A DNA stretch of 64,000 nt from Raillietiella orientalis (Eukaryota). Location of the stretch: positions 744,001-808,000 of the forward strand of contig JAYWIR010000048.1 of NCBI GenBank assembly GCA_036172245.1, in the 5' to 3' direction. This document shows, one piece after another, positions 34,704 to 47,699 of this stretch. The translations under genes and the position numbers were made by a program. How positions within the stretch are numbered: the first letter of the stretch is position 1; each line of letters begins with the position of its first letter. The notes under the pieces are model-generated. The model saw only the letters and a list, made by a program, of their open reading frames with translations. It had not been told where the DNA came from and searched no databases.

Positions 34704-37360
34704 GGGTTCTGTAGGCACAAGTCTGTGACGTGCAAAACCGACAGCGAGTAAACTGATTATGAAGAAAACGACAGCAAAGGCAGCAGATGTAAGTTTTCCT
34801 GAGAATCAAAACCGAGGTTGCACCGGAGGCTTGCTTGAATAAATATTTGCACCGAGGAAAAATCATTCGGTCCAGCTCTGCCAAGCGAGAAACAGTTCGA
34901 AGCTTCCATCAGTCTCCGAGCTACGGAGTGGCTGCCAAGATTCAATTAGTCTTTCTGCCCCTACTCGGCTCTCACGACCGATTTGCAGTTCGGGTTGCCG
35001 CGGACGTCCGCCAGAGTTTCCTCCGGCCTCTTCCTGGAACAGCACAGATCACCCGTCTTTCACACGTTGGAATGCTCCTGCAGGCTGAGCGCTGACAGCC
35101 TCTCAAGTAGGCTCGAAAGAAGAAGTGTTGCAGCAAGCACTACCTTCGACGGCCAAACGGCGGCAAACCGACAGTGAAGTTGGTGACCCGAAGCCATCTG
35201 GTGTCGCTTTCTCCTGCAAGAGTCCCGGAGTATCTCAACCCTTGCTGTCTGCCATTCGGGCTGCTCACGACCTCTGCGCGCCGTGGCAGCTCGTCGCTCC
35301 GCCAGCTGGTCTGGAGGAATCCAAAGATCCCGCTCGTTCTCTCGGGATAAATTTCGGCTTCCTTTTCCCAGCGCGCGCCCCGTTGCCGAGTCGAGAGGCC
35401 CCAAACGGCGACCGTGCTCCCCAAGAAAAGGGCAGGAGCTGCAGGCATCAGCTTCCGCAGGCGGACAAGCCCGTGTGAGGCGAGACGTGGTTTGCTGGCA
35501 AAAGTGGACGAATCAGCCCACAGCAGCTTCGGAGCATTCGCTGGCCTCAAGAAAGCGATCCACTCCAAGCTCATGAGAGCAGAGTGCAATGGAGATGCAA
35601 TCGGCACTTCGGAGAACAAAGGGACAACCCTCAGCGTGTTTCCAGGGGACTTGGAACCTGCTAAGCACGCGTGTTTCATTCAGTTGTGAACTTTTCAGCA
35701 AGACCGACCCATTCGATTGGAATGACCACTCATTGCAGGAAGCTCCGGAAAGTGCTGAAATTAGGGCTTCGGATGAAAAAATCATCCTCTTTGACTTATA
35801 TCTCTGCAAAGGACAGCGAGGAAATCCTACAGATAATATGGGCAGCTACCTAGAGATAGTGAAGCAGTTTCCGAGCTTCCTTATCAGGAATGAAAGGAAT
35901 CACAGATCTTAAAGAAATCTTCTCTGAAAGACTACTCTCGGTGCTACTCGAACTTCCCTACGGGACTCCGATGAGTGGCACCCAGTAATGGCCGGCGGAG
36001 TGTCTACTCCCGTGGAGGGATATCTGAAAACCTGTGAACCTTCGGCTTCTCTCAGCGATGAAGAGCTTCATGGTTAAAGAGCGGAGTTCAGAACCGAGAG
36101 AGGGTCGGTTTGAAGTGACCTGCACCGATCGCCCATGGAAACCCTGAGCTCGACACTCCTTCGTTGCCAGAGGAAGTGCGAAAGGACCATCCGTGCTGCA
36201 CAGTGGTCGCCTGGTTGCTCTGCCACGGACAAACGGAAGGCTGTTTCATTCCAAGTGCCTTTCTCTCTCTCCCTGTTTTCTTTTTTCTTTTCCGGTAGCA
36301 CGACGCCGCACCTGGATAGGAGGCGAGTCCATCGTATGGGCCTTCGTGTCCGAAGAGGACCGACTGCGGAAGCGACACGCATTTGCAGCTCCGCAAACCG
36401 CGATTGCACGTTCATAAGAAGAATGTCTTTCGGGAACCAAAAACGAGTGATGAGACCATTCAGATTGGCAGCTAAGTATTTGTTTTCTTCCTTCAGGGAA
36501 GTGGACCACTGCACGCAGGAACAAGATGACTCGGTTCTGAGCGCTAGGTGCGAAGGGAGGACCTGAAACCCGGCTGAATTTCCCCGGAGACTCCACCCTT
36601 TCTTTGCTGCTCTGCTTTGCCGCTTTTCTTGCTCTTGCTGCTTTGTGCAGCATTAGTGTAACGCATGCTTCCATCGTGAGTGATCAGAAAGGTGTTCATT
36701 CCTGAGTGAGTCAGATTTTCCCGTCGAGTTGTTCAAAAAAACACCCTCGGCACTGCTCAAATGTGCTCGGCATCCCTGCTTTGAAAGCTCAAACTTCCAG
36801 GTCTCCCGGAACACCCTTCCTCGCTCTGAAATCCGTCGCTTTCGAATGTCGGGTGCCCTTTCTTCCTCCTCTGCGTGCACTTTGGAAGGGTGCATCCTTG
36901 CACTCATCCATAGGTGCGCTCATCTCATCTGATGTGTGTATCTTCAGATTTGCTCTTGCGAACGTCACGCGGCAGATTGGGAAGCGGAAATCCGACCTTT
37001 GCGATCATCTCAGTGCACGGAGAGACACTCTGTCGAACTGTGCGGACGTGACGAGGCAAAAAGTGCTCAGGCACTTGCGAAACACCTGACAGATCGGTTC
37101 AAGAGGAAGGGATCTTCTATCTTTGAATAGCACGCTGATCCTTCTCTAGTCGCATGCTCGTCCGTTCCGGGAACCGGGTGCACCGTGCACACCCGGAGGA
37201 GAAAAGGTGTTCGCACTGCACTGAGATTAAGAGGCGGCTGAATTGTGAAACATCCTGTTGCACGACAACGAAACTGGGACTCTGTGCTGTTGTGGCATCT
37301 TTCCTGCATTCGCTCCCTTCTCGAGGGATCGTAGCGTTTGGTGGAATCATTGTACAAGTA

Positions 37361-37655
37361 CGGTAAACCCTCTTATAACGCAGGTTCGTATCAACACGAC
37401 GGGGGAAAAAAAATGGCTACACGCCGCGTATACCGCGGTAAATCAGCCCCACGCTGCGAATAAATTTTGATGTGCCGTGATTAAATAACGAACGTCAATT
37501 TTTCGGCGTAAGCTAAACGATAAATAGATGCTTGTGATTTTTTTGTTTTTTCTCTTTGACACTTTTCAAATCTCCCAGGAACACAGGAGGCGTCCGCACA
37601 GCACGGGTGGTACGCTCCGCTTTATACGAATCCGTGTTGTACGGGGGGGTTGCTG
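37361..37655. mobile_element. pogo/Tigger-type MITE
   Basis: TA|CGGTAAACCCTCTTATAACGCAGGTTCGTAT at the left; reverse complement of CAGCAACCCCCCCGTACAACACGGATTCGTAT at the right, followed by TG. Non-coding interior. Confidence 0.65.
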
Positions 37656-37699
37656 TGTTTTCATTAAGGGGGAGCGTATAACGACTTGTGAGAAAATGA

Positions 37700-39550
37700 G
37701 GGCCTCACTGATCGAGAGAGAGTTGGGATGACGCAACTCTTCCGCCCTTTCAGCAAAGTTCAAAAACCGAAGCGGGCAAGGGAAGCTGCAGCGCACCCCA
37801 AACTTCCCTGCTCTTCAGGATGCATGGCATCTTGGTTGCATGCAGGAGGCTGATGCGGAGACTTTTCCGAGAGGACAGTTGATTGTGGACGAACACCAGT
37901 AAAGTGCCAAAACAAAGTCGGCACGCGAAGCGCACGAATCAAGGACCTGCGCTTTGGGAACAGCAGAAATAAATTGGCTTGAGCAGATGGGAGGAGCACT
38001 GCAATCGTCTCGTCAACCGTTTTCATTCACAGCATCGTTAGCTCGTTTTATCTCCGCAGCCCGTGTCTTTCACGGATGACGGGAGATTTTCAAAAGCATC
38101 GAATGAATTGCAGGGTGATCGAGAGACAGCAGGCCGCTGCCAAGGCTACGGATTCACCCTCGGAGCCGAGTGGGCGCTGCCCGTTACCGAACCTGCGAAA
38201 GAAAATCCGAGGACGAACAGCTGATTCGGGGGAGACAGGGGTTATTAATCTGCGCGAGATGAAACCTCAGCGGCGCCAGGATGCGTTCGCGGCTGAAGAA
38301 AAAAGGGAAAGGATCGGAGAAATGGGAAATTCAGGCCAGGAAAGCCACCGTGGGACGAACCTCTTAGGCAAGTGCCGGCCGCCACCCATGCAAAGCTTGA
38401 AATCGAAACACGGATGCATCATGGGGATGGAAGTTGGTCCTTCATCCAAAGCTGGCCTTCGTTGAGGTTCGTTCCTCTGCGCGTGCTTGCACATTTCTCC
38501 AAGTGGGGTTTCCGGCCGTTGGAATTTTTCCCCCCTTTCCCGACTTCCTTGCTTTGAGTATGCGCTGTTCTCGTGGATGAGGTCGGAATCGCTTTCCATC
38601 GTTCATCCCACAGCGTTCCCGATGGCCACACCTCCGTTTGCTGTCGCACCCTTCACGAGGATTTGCTTCCGCCATTTCTGCCCCATGTACCCCATCTTTC
38701 CCCACGCGATCACTGCGTCTCCCGTCATGATGCTATCGCATATCGTGATGTATCTTTCTTCCGAGAACCCTGTCGTGTATGATGCTCTTCCACACGCTCG
38801 CATGCATGTCTTGGTTTGCTTTCGTATATCCAGGAAAGCCCGTGGCAAAAGTCCAGCTGCTGAAAAGCTTTCTGCGCTCCCTCTTCTACAGAAATGAACT
38901 TCCAAAACATCTAAACCACTCATTTTTACAGAAATCTCCCATAAGATCTCAGGCAAGTAGCTTTTGGAAAGGTGTCCTGGTGATTCGCAGCACCAATCCA
39001 GGGTGCTGGGAAGCCATGGAAAGGCTTTTTCTGCTATTTTCCAGTGAACTGCAGTTATCCGTGGAGGGAATCCACTTCCTGTTGTCCTGCAAGAAGGTTT
39101 GGGGATCTCGCGTTTCCAACAAAATCTTTCTAAAGGGATGAACTGAATTTGTTTCCGAGTCTGCAAAACGCTGATGGCTAAAGATGATGGTAAAATGAGG
39201 CGTTTCCTCGAAAGAGATGGATCGTTCCTTCGCGAATTAGGAACTTGCAGGTTCGACCCTTGGTGGTAGCTGAATTGATTCGACGGACTCTCGAGATCAT
39301 CAGACAAGTTGTAAAGATTTTCTAAACCCTCTACCATTGCGTTGAAGACTCCCGCGTACACTTCTCTCTCGAAGGAGATCCACAGCGCTGTCCTCTTTGC
39401 GAGGACGAACCGAGAATTTTGCTCACGGACACAGCACGAAGTTGACGGCCATCCTTATGAGGAGAAAAAAAATTACAAAAGGATGTTTGCACGCTTCCAT
39501 TTTTGAATTGGTCCACTTATTCATGGTATTTCCTCTGAAGGCTAGACGCC
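37700..39550 (+). mobile_element. Compressed LINE ORF2 remnant
   Basis: TGDFQ (GDFN-like) 38079; KFRPGKPP (KSPG-like) ~38330; LPVVLQEGLGI (LP...GGLGI) ~39075-39107; RCPLCEDEP zf-RVT ~39386. Confidence 0.65.
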
Positions 39551-42163
39551 GCTCCTGATTTCCACGTGTTCATTGCTGCTTCAGTTGCCCAGTGATTCCG
39601 ATTCCCGCCAAATGAGGCCATATTTTGGAACGAGCCAAAGAAAAGGGAAAAGATTCTCACAGCGGAATTTCCCTCCACTCTTTCTTCCGACTGACCTCTT
39701 CAGGTTGGCTGCACGCAGGTTTGCACAGTTCTTGCAAGCTGAATAAGTTTTCTGGTTCCCTTCTTCTAAGAGTTTCTCAGAAGATGGGCATTTATTTGCT
39801 GCATCTTCCTCATAAAAGCCATCAGATAAGTTGAGATGTTCCTTGCTTGTTCCTCGCTCGTTTACTGTTGATTGGACTTTGGCCAAATTCGTGGATTTGT
39901 CAGAGAGATCCTCGTAACTCGCAGCGAAACGTTAGGAAACATCCAGAAGACCACATTCCAGGGAAATGATTCGTGGATGCCGGGCTCACCTCAGTCAGAC
40001 AGAGCGCTTGAGCCTCGCATCTCCTTCCGCTTGATGGTCCTGCAAACGGTTGTTCCCAGTTGAAATCAAGATGCAGCTCCGGCAACCAGCGAGAGGAACC
40101 ACAAGAGAATAATGGTTGGTACTGCAGCATATTGCAACGGAGGTTCATTTCGAATTTGCTTCAGAAGAATACAACTGCATGTTGTGACAAATCTCTTGCA
40201 GCTCTGGGGAGAGATTAGATCGGTCGCCATGCAGCGGATGTAATGGAAGATGCGTCTAAGCAATGAAAACATCGTTGGATCCTGAGTTTCGCGTTCTTCG
40301 TTCTTCGTAATTATGAAAGATCTATCCGGAGGACTCTATGCTTCTACTAGAAAGCACCATTATGGGAGATGATAGGCATATTATACTTAACATATTAATG
40401 CCCTTTGGCGTCACCCTTTTCTTGTCCATTTAAGTAAGGTTTCTTGTGTTCTATCTGGTCAAAGCAGTGATCATTTATCTGCGAATCCCTAAATGACTTA
40501 TTCCATTAGAGTTCGAGGGATCGCATTCTAATTTATAGTTTTCGCATGATACCTTAAAATGCCTTTTTTTTTTTTTTTCAACGAAAAAAAAAGAACTGTA
40601 CACTAGATCTTCAGAGTTCCATTCAGCTTCCACCTCATTTACATCATCCTCGCAAGCAAGCATTTATAAATACATGCATGAATTTATAAATACATTTCTT
40701 GAGCACTAGAAAGATAAGTGGCTGTCTTTTCCCTAAATTGGCTGATTCCCAACTTTCGGTCTTCGAGATTCCTGGTCTTCGAATGGCTACATCCACGTGT
40801 CAAGATGCATGCATCCATTCTTTCCCCTGACGCTCTGCAAAAGGCAGGAAGCAGGGAGTGGAAATCTTCCTGTACCGCTGAGAGGTCACGTGGCTCCGCC
40901 AGGAACTGGCATCAAGCGAAAAATGGGATGCGATGCACATTTGTGTTTGTACACGTCCAGCCGAGCATCCTCCCATGTGATGGTGGTTCCCGTTGATCTA
41001 GATGACGTCATCACTTTGCCACCGTTTCAGAGTGTTTCTAAGCGTGCGCTAAGACGGAAAGCCCCGATGAGTTGCGGGATGCTTGCCAGACGTTGAGAAC
41101 GCGTAGGAGGGTCACAATATGCGAGGGTCAGCATTAGCGTTCCGGACATGAATTGAGAATGCACCTTTTTTTCCCCTCTTTTTTCTAGCACAGAGCACCC
41201 TCGGCGGAATCCTTATGGTTCCAAGGTCGGAAAATGGCGAGCTCACACAATGCCGTGTGGAACAATCCAAAGTGGGATTTATTATTTCTAAGGTCCGAAT
41301 CTGTTGCTGCGCAGATGAGAAAGAGCAGCAAAAGAGGAAAGCAAAAAGAGACAACCGTAAACACATGCACGTAGCGTGGAAGCGGACGAAAGATCAGAAA
41401 ATCGACTCCATGGAAACCTTTCCGCGTCCGTTTCGAGTCCGTCCGGCATTCAAACAGCGGTAGTGTTCTGAGCAGAGAAGAAGGACACGGCTGTCCTGGA
41501 AGGCTGCAGTTCACAGAGTCACAGTGTTTCATATTACTTTGCGACACAGTTTCACAGTCAGCAGGCTTGAATGGCAACCGTTAAGAAACACTGTGTCCGA
41601 GGAAACAGGAATCGCTCCATTTTCGCATAACATTCCTCTCAAGGAGTTACAAATTAGCACACAGTTTCATTACTGATGCTTTGAGGAGAACGGGGAGTGC
41701 TTTGATAACTGGGAGTTCATTCGGTGCCGTAAATTAACGGACAGGTAATATACAAAGAAACGCACTGTAGAACGTTTAGGTACTCACAAACAAATGCTTG
41801 CCGGAATTCTAAATTCAGAAACCAGCCGAAAGTAGGCATTTGAGAAATGAGATTCCCGTTTCGGCATTCTCTGAGTATCTTTTTCCTATACGACCCTTCG
41901 ATCCATTCTTACTTAAACACATTTTCAGCAAACACTTAAATTTTTCAACGTACTTTCATGACCTTCGTGTTCACCTGATAATACCACTTTATCATTTTGG
42001 TTGATCCTTCCAGTGATGTTTATGAATTCAGTCCGATTTCGCCTTCCCACTGCCCTCTGTATCCCCTGACTGATGATTCTGGCTTCCGCAGGATGCGGAG
42101 ATGACAACGCTTCCATGCTTGAAATCTACAGGATTTTCTTTTTGCTTTCGAAATCTCATCTCG

Positions 42164-42298
42164 TCCGGATGCCGGTGGGAAAGTGGAATCCTTCAGCATA
42201 TTCAATGTTCCGGATGCCGGTGGGATGGTGGAATCCTTCAGCATATTCAATGTTCCGGATGCCGGTGGGATGGTGGAATCCTTCAGCATATTCAATGT
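42164..42298 (+). repeat. Near-perfect tandem repeat, 45-bp unit x3
   Basis: tccggatgccggtggga(aa/tg)gtggaatccttcagcatattcaatgt at 42164, 42209 and 42254. Confidence 0.97.
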
Positions 42299-43277
42299 AG
42301 TGCAGTTGGAAATCCGCCAGGACTCTGCCATTATGTCTATGAAACTATTTCTCCGTGTACTGTATTGTCTTCTATAGCTGTGGCCGTTGAACTTCTTCCT
42401 TCAGTCTTTTCACTGGCATGGTTGCTATACGGCCATGATCTGTGCATCTTTGGGATTTCCACCCGAACGCTTTTGGACAAGTCCTCCTGAGCATTGCAGT
42501 ACGATGAAGTTCTTAGGGAAATCGTGGTTTGTGTATATCTGCCCTTCCTATTGCTCTCTTCGCTTAACTGCTCCGTAGAATTTCCTTCCATTCGGGCACT
42601 GCTTGATCTCGCCGTTGCGCGTTGCATTCCTTCGTGCTGAAACGAACCCTTGCTTTCCTTCCTCGAGGAGGATTCATCCAAGTGTGCCTGCCTTCCTCCC
42701 TTCATTGGCTGCTGCTTTATGTGTACGCCTTCTGCTTCGTGCAGATGCTAATGGCTACGTTTGCTTTATTTGTTTTTGCCTATGGTACATGCGGATATCG
42801 GAGCCCCTTCGAAAAACAAGGGAACCTTTCTTTTCCATCTGGCCAGGAAACCATCACGACTCGCGGCTTGGAAAATGATAGCCGTCTTGTTTTTTGCAAG
42901 AGAAAATGAAGAAGGGGATTGCTCGTTTCTTTGTCAATTTAATAATATGGATCGGGGATTGGCGTTCGCATCTTTGCATTCACTCGCGCCACAGTCTCTC
43001 GTCTGAGAATCACGCAGCTTTCGGGAGCGATCGTTTGCTTCTTGCAGCACTTCCCTAACTTACTCTCTTCGCTCGGAATTTTCAGGTCTTTGAACGGACT
43101 GGCTAGCATGTTGTTGCTGTTGTTGTTGTTGTTGTTTAACAAGTGATTTTCGTGTTCGTAAAAGTTCCTTCACGAGCTATCGACTAGCTGAACTGATCAC
43201 GTGATTGCACTCCAGCGATCAATGGAATGACAGACCAAATTCATCAAACTATCTGATCGACTGTATTTATCGCTTAC

Positions 43278-43391
43278 CTCATAGGTGTAATTGGACAGAT
43301 CAAGATGCAAGACTTGATACTTGTCATCTCGACTGTACGGCTGAAGTCCCACGGTTAGCAGCTGATAATCTTTGACCCTTATCCAAGAGAC
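43278..43391 (-). CDS. dpr: Dpr-family Ig protein, exon B
   Basis: 114 nt encoding VSWIRVKDYQLLTVGLQPYSRDDKYQVLHLDLSNYTYE, the hallmark Dpr 'VSWIR..D..LLTVG...Y..D' motif. Acceptor tttccttctttcgag, donor gtaagc, phase 0/0. Confidence 0.92.
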
Positions 43392-43499
43392 CTCGAAAGA
43401 AGGAAACAAATTACACGTGAAGAACTTTGCGATCTTCGAAGCAAATATAATAAGACAACCATAACAACGGAAAATTACATCGTCCGCATGCACCACAAA

Positions 43500-45800
43500 C
43501 GGCCTTTCATTGGAAATGGCGATGATTTTTTAATAAAGGATAGCAACACCTTCAGGTTGCACCCTCCGGAGTTTTCCGTGGAATCTTTCCAAGTTGCACT
43601 CAGAACCTCTATAAACGGGAGGAGGGCGGCAGCTGGACAAGATGTTCTAAAAGCAAGAGGCGGCGGAGAGGAATGTTCTGGAGAACCAGAAAACGGGCAC
43701 GCTTTGCCTGGATGCTTTCTCCCGAATTTGGCTCTGCGATTTGCTCTCTAAACGCAACCAACCTGTGAAAATCGGCAGAACATTACGAAGGGGAGGGGAG
43801 GGGGGAATGGGACTCGGAGAGAAAATTAAGGAGAGATTCGTGTTTCTTTATGGGAGTTTCTGCGTGGATAAGGAATGCTTACGGACACTACCAGCTTGGG
43901 GAGTTTCCGACCGACTTGCAAAATTCTTCGGAAAAACGAAAATCATGCAGCCCTTCTTACTTCTCAGTGTTCAGGTGAACAGCAACCTTAAAGCAGTAAC
44001 CGCCGAGTCGTTCTGGTCGTCATCAGCAATGATAACTGAGCTGAGAAAGTTGAGAATGGCAGAGAACAGGCAAAGAACTGAGAAGCCACTTTGAGAAGAT
44101 ACTTGACGGAGAAAAAGCATGGACACCCCGTTGGAAACTGCTGAAGGATGCCCACCAGTGGCTTCTTTCAGAAACAAAAAGGCCCTCGAGAGGCCCACGG
44201 AGATACTGAAGGAAGGGTTGAAGTTACAGTGGAGGTTGTGAGAAGATCGCAAATGCAGCCTCCAATGTTCCTTTTAATTGAGTAGAGACGGAGAGGAAAT
44301 TCTAGCGTAACCTCTAAAAGAGTGCGGCAGGAAGTCAAGAGTGACTCCAATCGAAATGACACCCTGAAATGAATTTCCCAATTGATTGATTCATGACCTA
44401 TCAGAACAATTCCCATGGGCGGAATTTTTTCTACTGCTTTACAAATGAGTTCTTTAAACGCATGGACTGACCGTTCACATGGAGGAAGAAGGAGATGCTA
44501 ACGGAGCTGCAGACTCCATCTCAACATTGAAATTTCAGAATGCTCATCCAGAATAAAGATCGATCTATACCGAGGGAATAAGTCCCTGGAAACTAGGAGT
44601 GGTTTTGCCACGCGCATAAAGACACTCTGATGCCCAACGTAAAAGCATCTGTGGCTGGAGATCAAATGATCAGAAGTCATCATGAAAAATAAATACGGCA
44701 AAGCTTGTCCTTTTCCCTGCCTTTCTTTCTTCCTTTCTTTTTTTTTTGCATGGAATAAGATGGCACAGAAGCAGGAGTGAGAGGAGAGGCATTCGTAAAG
44801 GGTAACTGCTTTGTGGTAGAGAACGAGTAGACTTGGAAACCCAAATACGGTGAAGTACAATAAAAACACAAAGTCTGAAGCGAGCAGCTGAGTTAACCAC
44901 ACCCACGTCCTCACAGTCACAACCTCCCGGAAAAGAGTGACAAGCTCGACCATTTGGGAAATCAACTGCCAGGAGAAGTTGCGATCACACAGGTGGCAGC
45001 ATCGGCCGCTGCTGGAACGGTCATTCTTCCTTTCCCTTCTTGCTCCTCTCCCCTCAATAGAAAGTGACAATTCCTTTATTTATTCACACATTGATGCTCA
45101 TGGAGCGTCCTCGATGTAGAAGTAGCTGGCCGGCGCGGCGGGAATGTCCCTTACTTGAAGCCTCAAATGGGGGCGCACGTTTCCATTTCGGGTGTTTATT
45201 AAGTACATAAACGCCTGAACACAACGTGGCGAAAATCGTTTGCCGAGCCTGACATTTCTACACAGATCTGTACAGATCCACAAAAAAAGGAAAAAGAAAA
45301 AAAAAACGACGCCGTGGTTCAGACTGTGTTCCAGCATCGTCAGCTACAAACAGATCAAATGCACCATTTCGACATGAGCGAGAACGATGGATAAGTTTGA
45401 GGAAATGATGGGTGAAATCGAAAGACTTTCCGGAGCATTTTGTAGCACGTCAAGATGAAAGGCTGTAAACCATCTCAGTGAGCACGAATTTAGACGGAAA
45501 GAGCAGAAGGTCTCCCTCTGCATCAAAGAGCGATGATACCACGAACTCGCAAAGGTCCACCGAGAGCATGCTGATTGCATCAAAGAGTGGGGAGTCCCAC
45601 GGAAGAGCTCGACTCCGGGATTTCGCACCCTGAACTTGACAAGGAAAGGATGTTCTGCCACATCGCAAAGTCAAGGAAAACAAGCGGAGGCCCGCGCGGC
45701 TGTGTGGTTCCGGCTGCTGGTGCCACGGAAGAGCCCTTCTGTGGTAATCGACCACCCTGAAAGTAGTCGGAAAATACTCTACAAGAACTTGTGAAATGAA
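43500..45800. mobile_element. LINE remnants: plus strand ~43500-45240 and minus strand ~45250-45800
   Basis: Plus: DTPLE..VASFRNKKA (pre-RT K.PG region) ~44120-44185 and RPI-like ~44397. Minus: EN-like FRGTPHSLMQSACSR..FRLNS ~45605-45485. Confidence 0.45.
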
Positions 45801-46009
45801 AAAATTAGGCGGAGAACATCCAGCGATCCATCTTTTAGTTAACATCTTTTTTCTTAGTCATTTTAAAAATCTTCGGTGAAAGCTCTAAATACCGATCCCG
45901 GTAGAAAGGGCTCGTACTTCAAGAAATGGCAAGAACATAGCCACGGGCATGAATCGTCAACGCATGCGCGGCGTGAGCCTACAGTCCAAGCACGACCGCA
46001 GCAGTCTTT

Positions 46010-46430
46010 ACCTGCAATCGGAATCGCTAGACGAGGTCGAGAACTATAGCTGCGTTTGAGCTTCTTGGTCTTCTTCTTGGCTTTCGCGACGGATCAGTCA
46101 GCTTTGTCTTTCTTCTTCTTCTTCTCATGACTAGAGCTCGAAGAACGAGAGGACTTGGTTCGCTCCCGGGATTTCTTCCTCTTTCTGGTGTTTTTGTCAC
46201 CTTCAACTTCTTCCGGGCAACGCGAGACGGCAGCTTCTTTCGTTTTTCTGCTTATATCGAAACCACTTCCATCAACGAACGACGCCGGGATACCTAGTAC
46301 TTCTCTTAAGCGGTTGTTCTTTTCCTGTTGTGCTTCCGCCGCCTGGTGGCTTTCTTTGATGATTGGACGCCCGAATCCATCTCTCACAATGAGTTGGTTT
46401 CCCATATGCTTATTGGAACTTTGAGAATTT
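46010..46430 (-). pseudogene. SRRM2/SRm300 (Cwc21-family splicing factor)-like fragment nested in a dpr intron
   Basis: RDGFGRPIIKESHQAAEAQQEKNNRLREVLGIPASFVDGSGFD resembles the conserved SRRM2 block just downstream of the cwf21 domain. It is followed by K/R/S-rich sequence broken by a stop or frameshift near 46094. The N-terminal MYNGIGL..RGSGT motif was not seen. Confidence 0.7.
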
Positions 46431-47699
46431 TTTTTTGCAAGTGCCTTCCCAGAAATGCTTACTGCTTCAAGCAGATCCCACATATAGAGGCAGACGTGAC
46501 CTCTTCTCGGTGGTTCATTCTTGAACTTTCCTTCATCAAGGACCGCCTCGAAAAAAAAGCCGAGTTTCGGAAATCCTTAACAAGGATACCTCATTTTAAA
46601 AGAAGGTCGTGTTGTTGATTTCTATTCTTTGGTTGATGTCTTCCGCAATGCTTCAAGGAGCAGGTTGACCTCCCATCACGACTTGCTTCTGGTGGCCTCA
46701 TCTGGTAGGTAGTATTCCAGTTTGGATGATCAGAAATAATTAAGATGAACGATAATAAAGGGAGGAACCATAGGCGATCCTGAGGAACCTGCCATTTGCA
46801 CATTCTTATGGGACAGCCCCTCCCCAATGCAGGCACAGGTAAAGAAATCGCATGCTCGAGCTACTAAAGTGAACCAACCAAGCAGCGGTGTTTGTCATTA
46901 CTTAGAAGGAATCGGCCATCTTCGATATGCAGTGTGCACACGTGGCACGCCATTTTTGTTTCATCAGTGTGTGGCAATGCTCAGACTGATTTCCTGTGAA
47001 AATTATTTCTGCAGGTGCTTTCCGTGACTCTGCTTTTCCCGAGCACGCGTTTCCCAATGAAAAACCGTTCACAGGCTATTAAATTAAGGAGCAATATCCT
47101 CGGAAAGAGGAAAAAATTGGCCTGACGCCGAAAGCACGAATGGTGATTTACTCCCAGCATCATGGTCATTAGTACCAACAGGAACCGTAAAAGTTATAAA
47201 ACTTATAGAGTATGGTTGCAATCTATGTGGAGGACGGCAGGAATGATGCAGTGCCAGCCACCGCGAAACTGAATTATATCCACTGCGACCCGAGCAGGAA
47301 AAAAAATCTCGTTATCCTTAAGGATATTCTTAATTCATCAGCTGCTTTCAGATAAGTCAGAAGAAGACAATCCAGGGATGGAAGCGAGAAGGAAAAGAAG
47401 TGGAACCGAAATGATGCTGTGAACGAAGTAAAAGGCCGCGAGGCAACTTCTGCCCCATATCGCATGAGGCATTTTTAAGCAGATGAGAAAAAGAGCGCAG
47501 GAAGTTTAGTTGAGGGGATGCTGACACTTAATCCAAATCACGTTATTGGACCGCACCCCCTGCATTCCGGAGGGGCTTTCGGCAGACCTTACTACGGATA
47601 GCTGTTGTGGCAGCTGATGAGAACGGATTTCGCTCGAACGGTATTTTAATAAATGCCCTTCCTGAGTTTCCTTCTTTTTTTTTTTTTTTTTCCAGTGTC

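Noticed and set aside
38603..39361. 252-aa minus-strand ORF
   Set aside because: Antisense to recognisable plus-strand LINE motifs; no family resemblance.
42164..42298. CRISPR array
   Set aside because: Head-to-tail units with no unique spacers.
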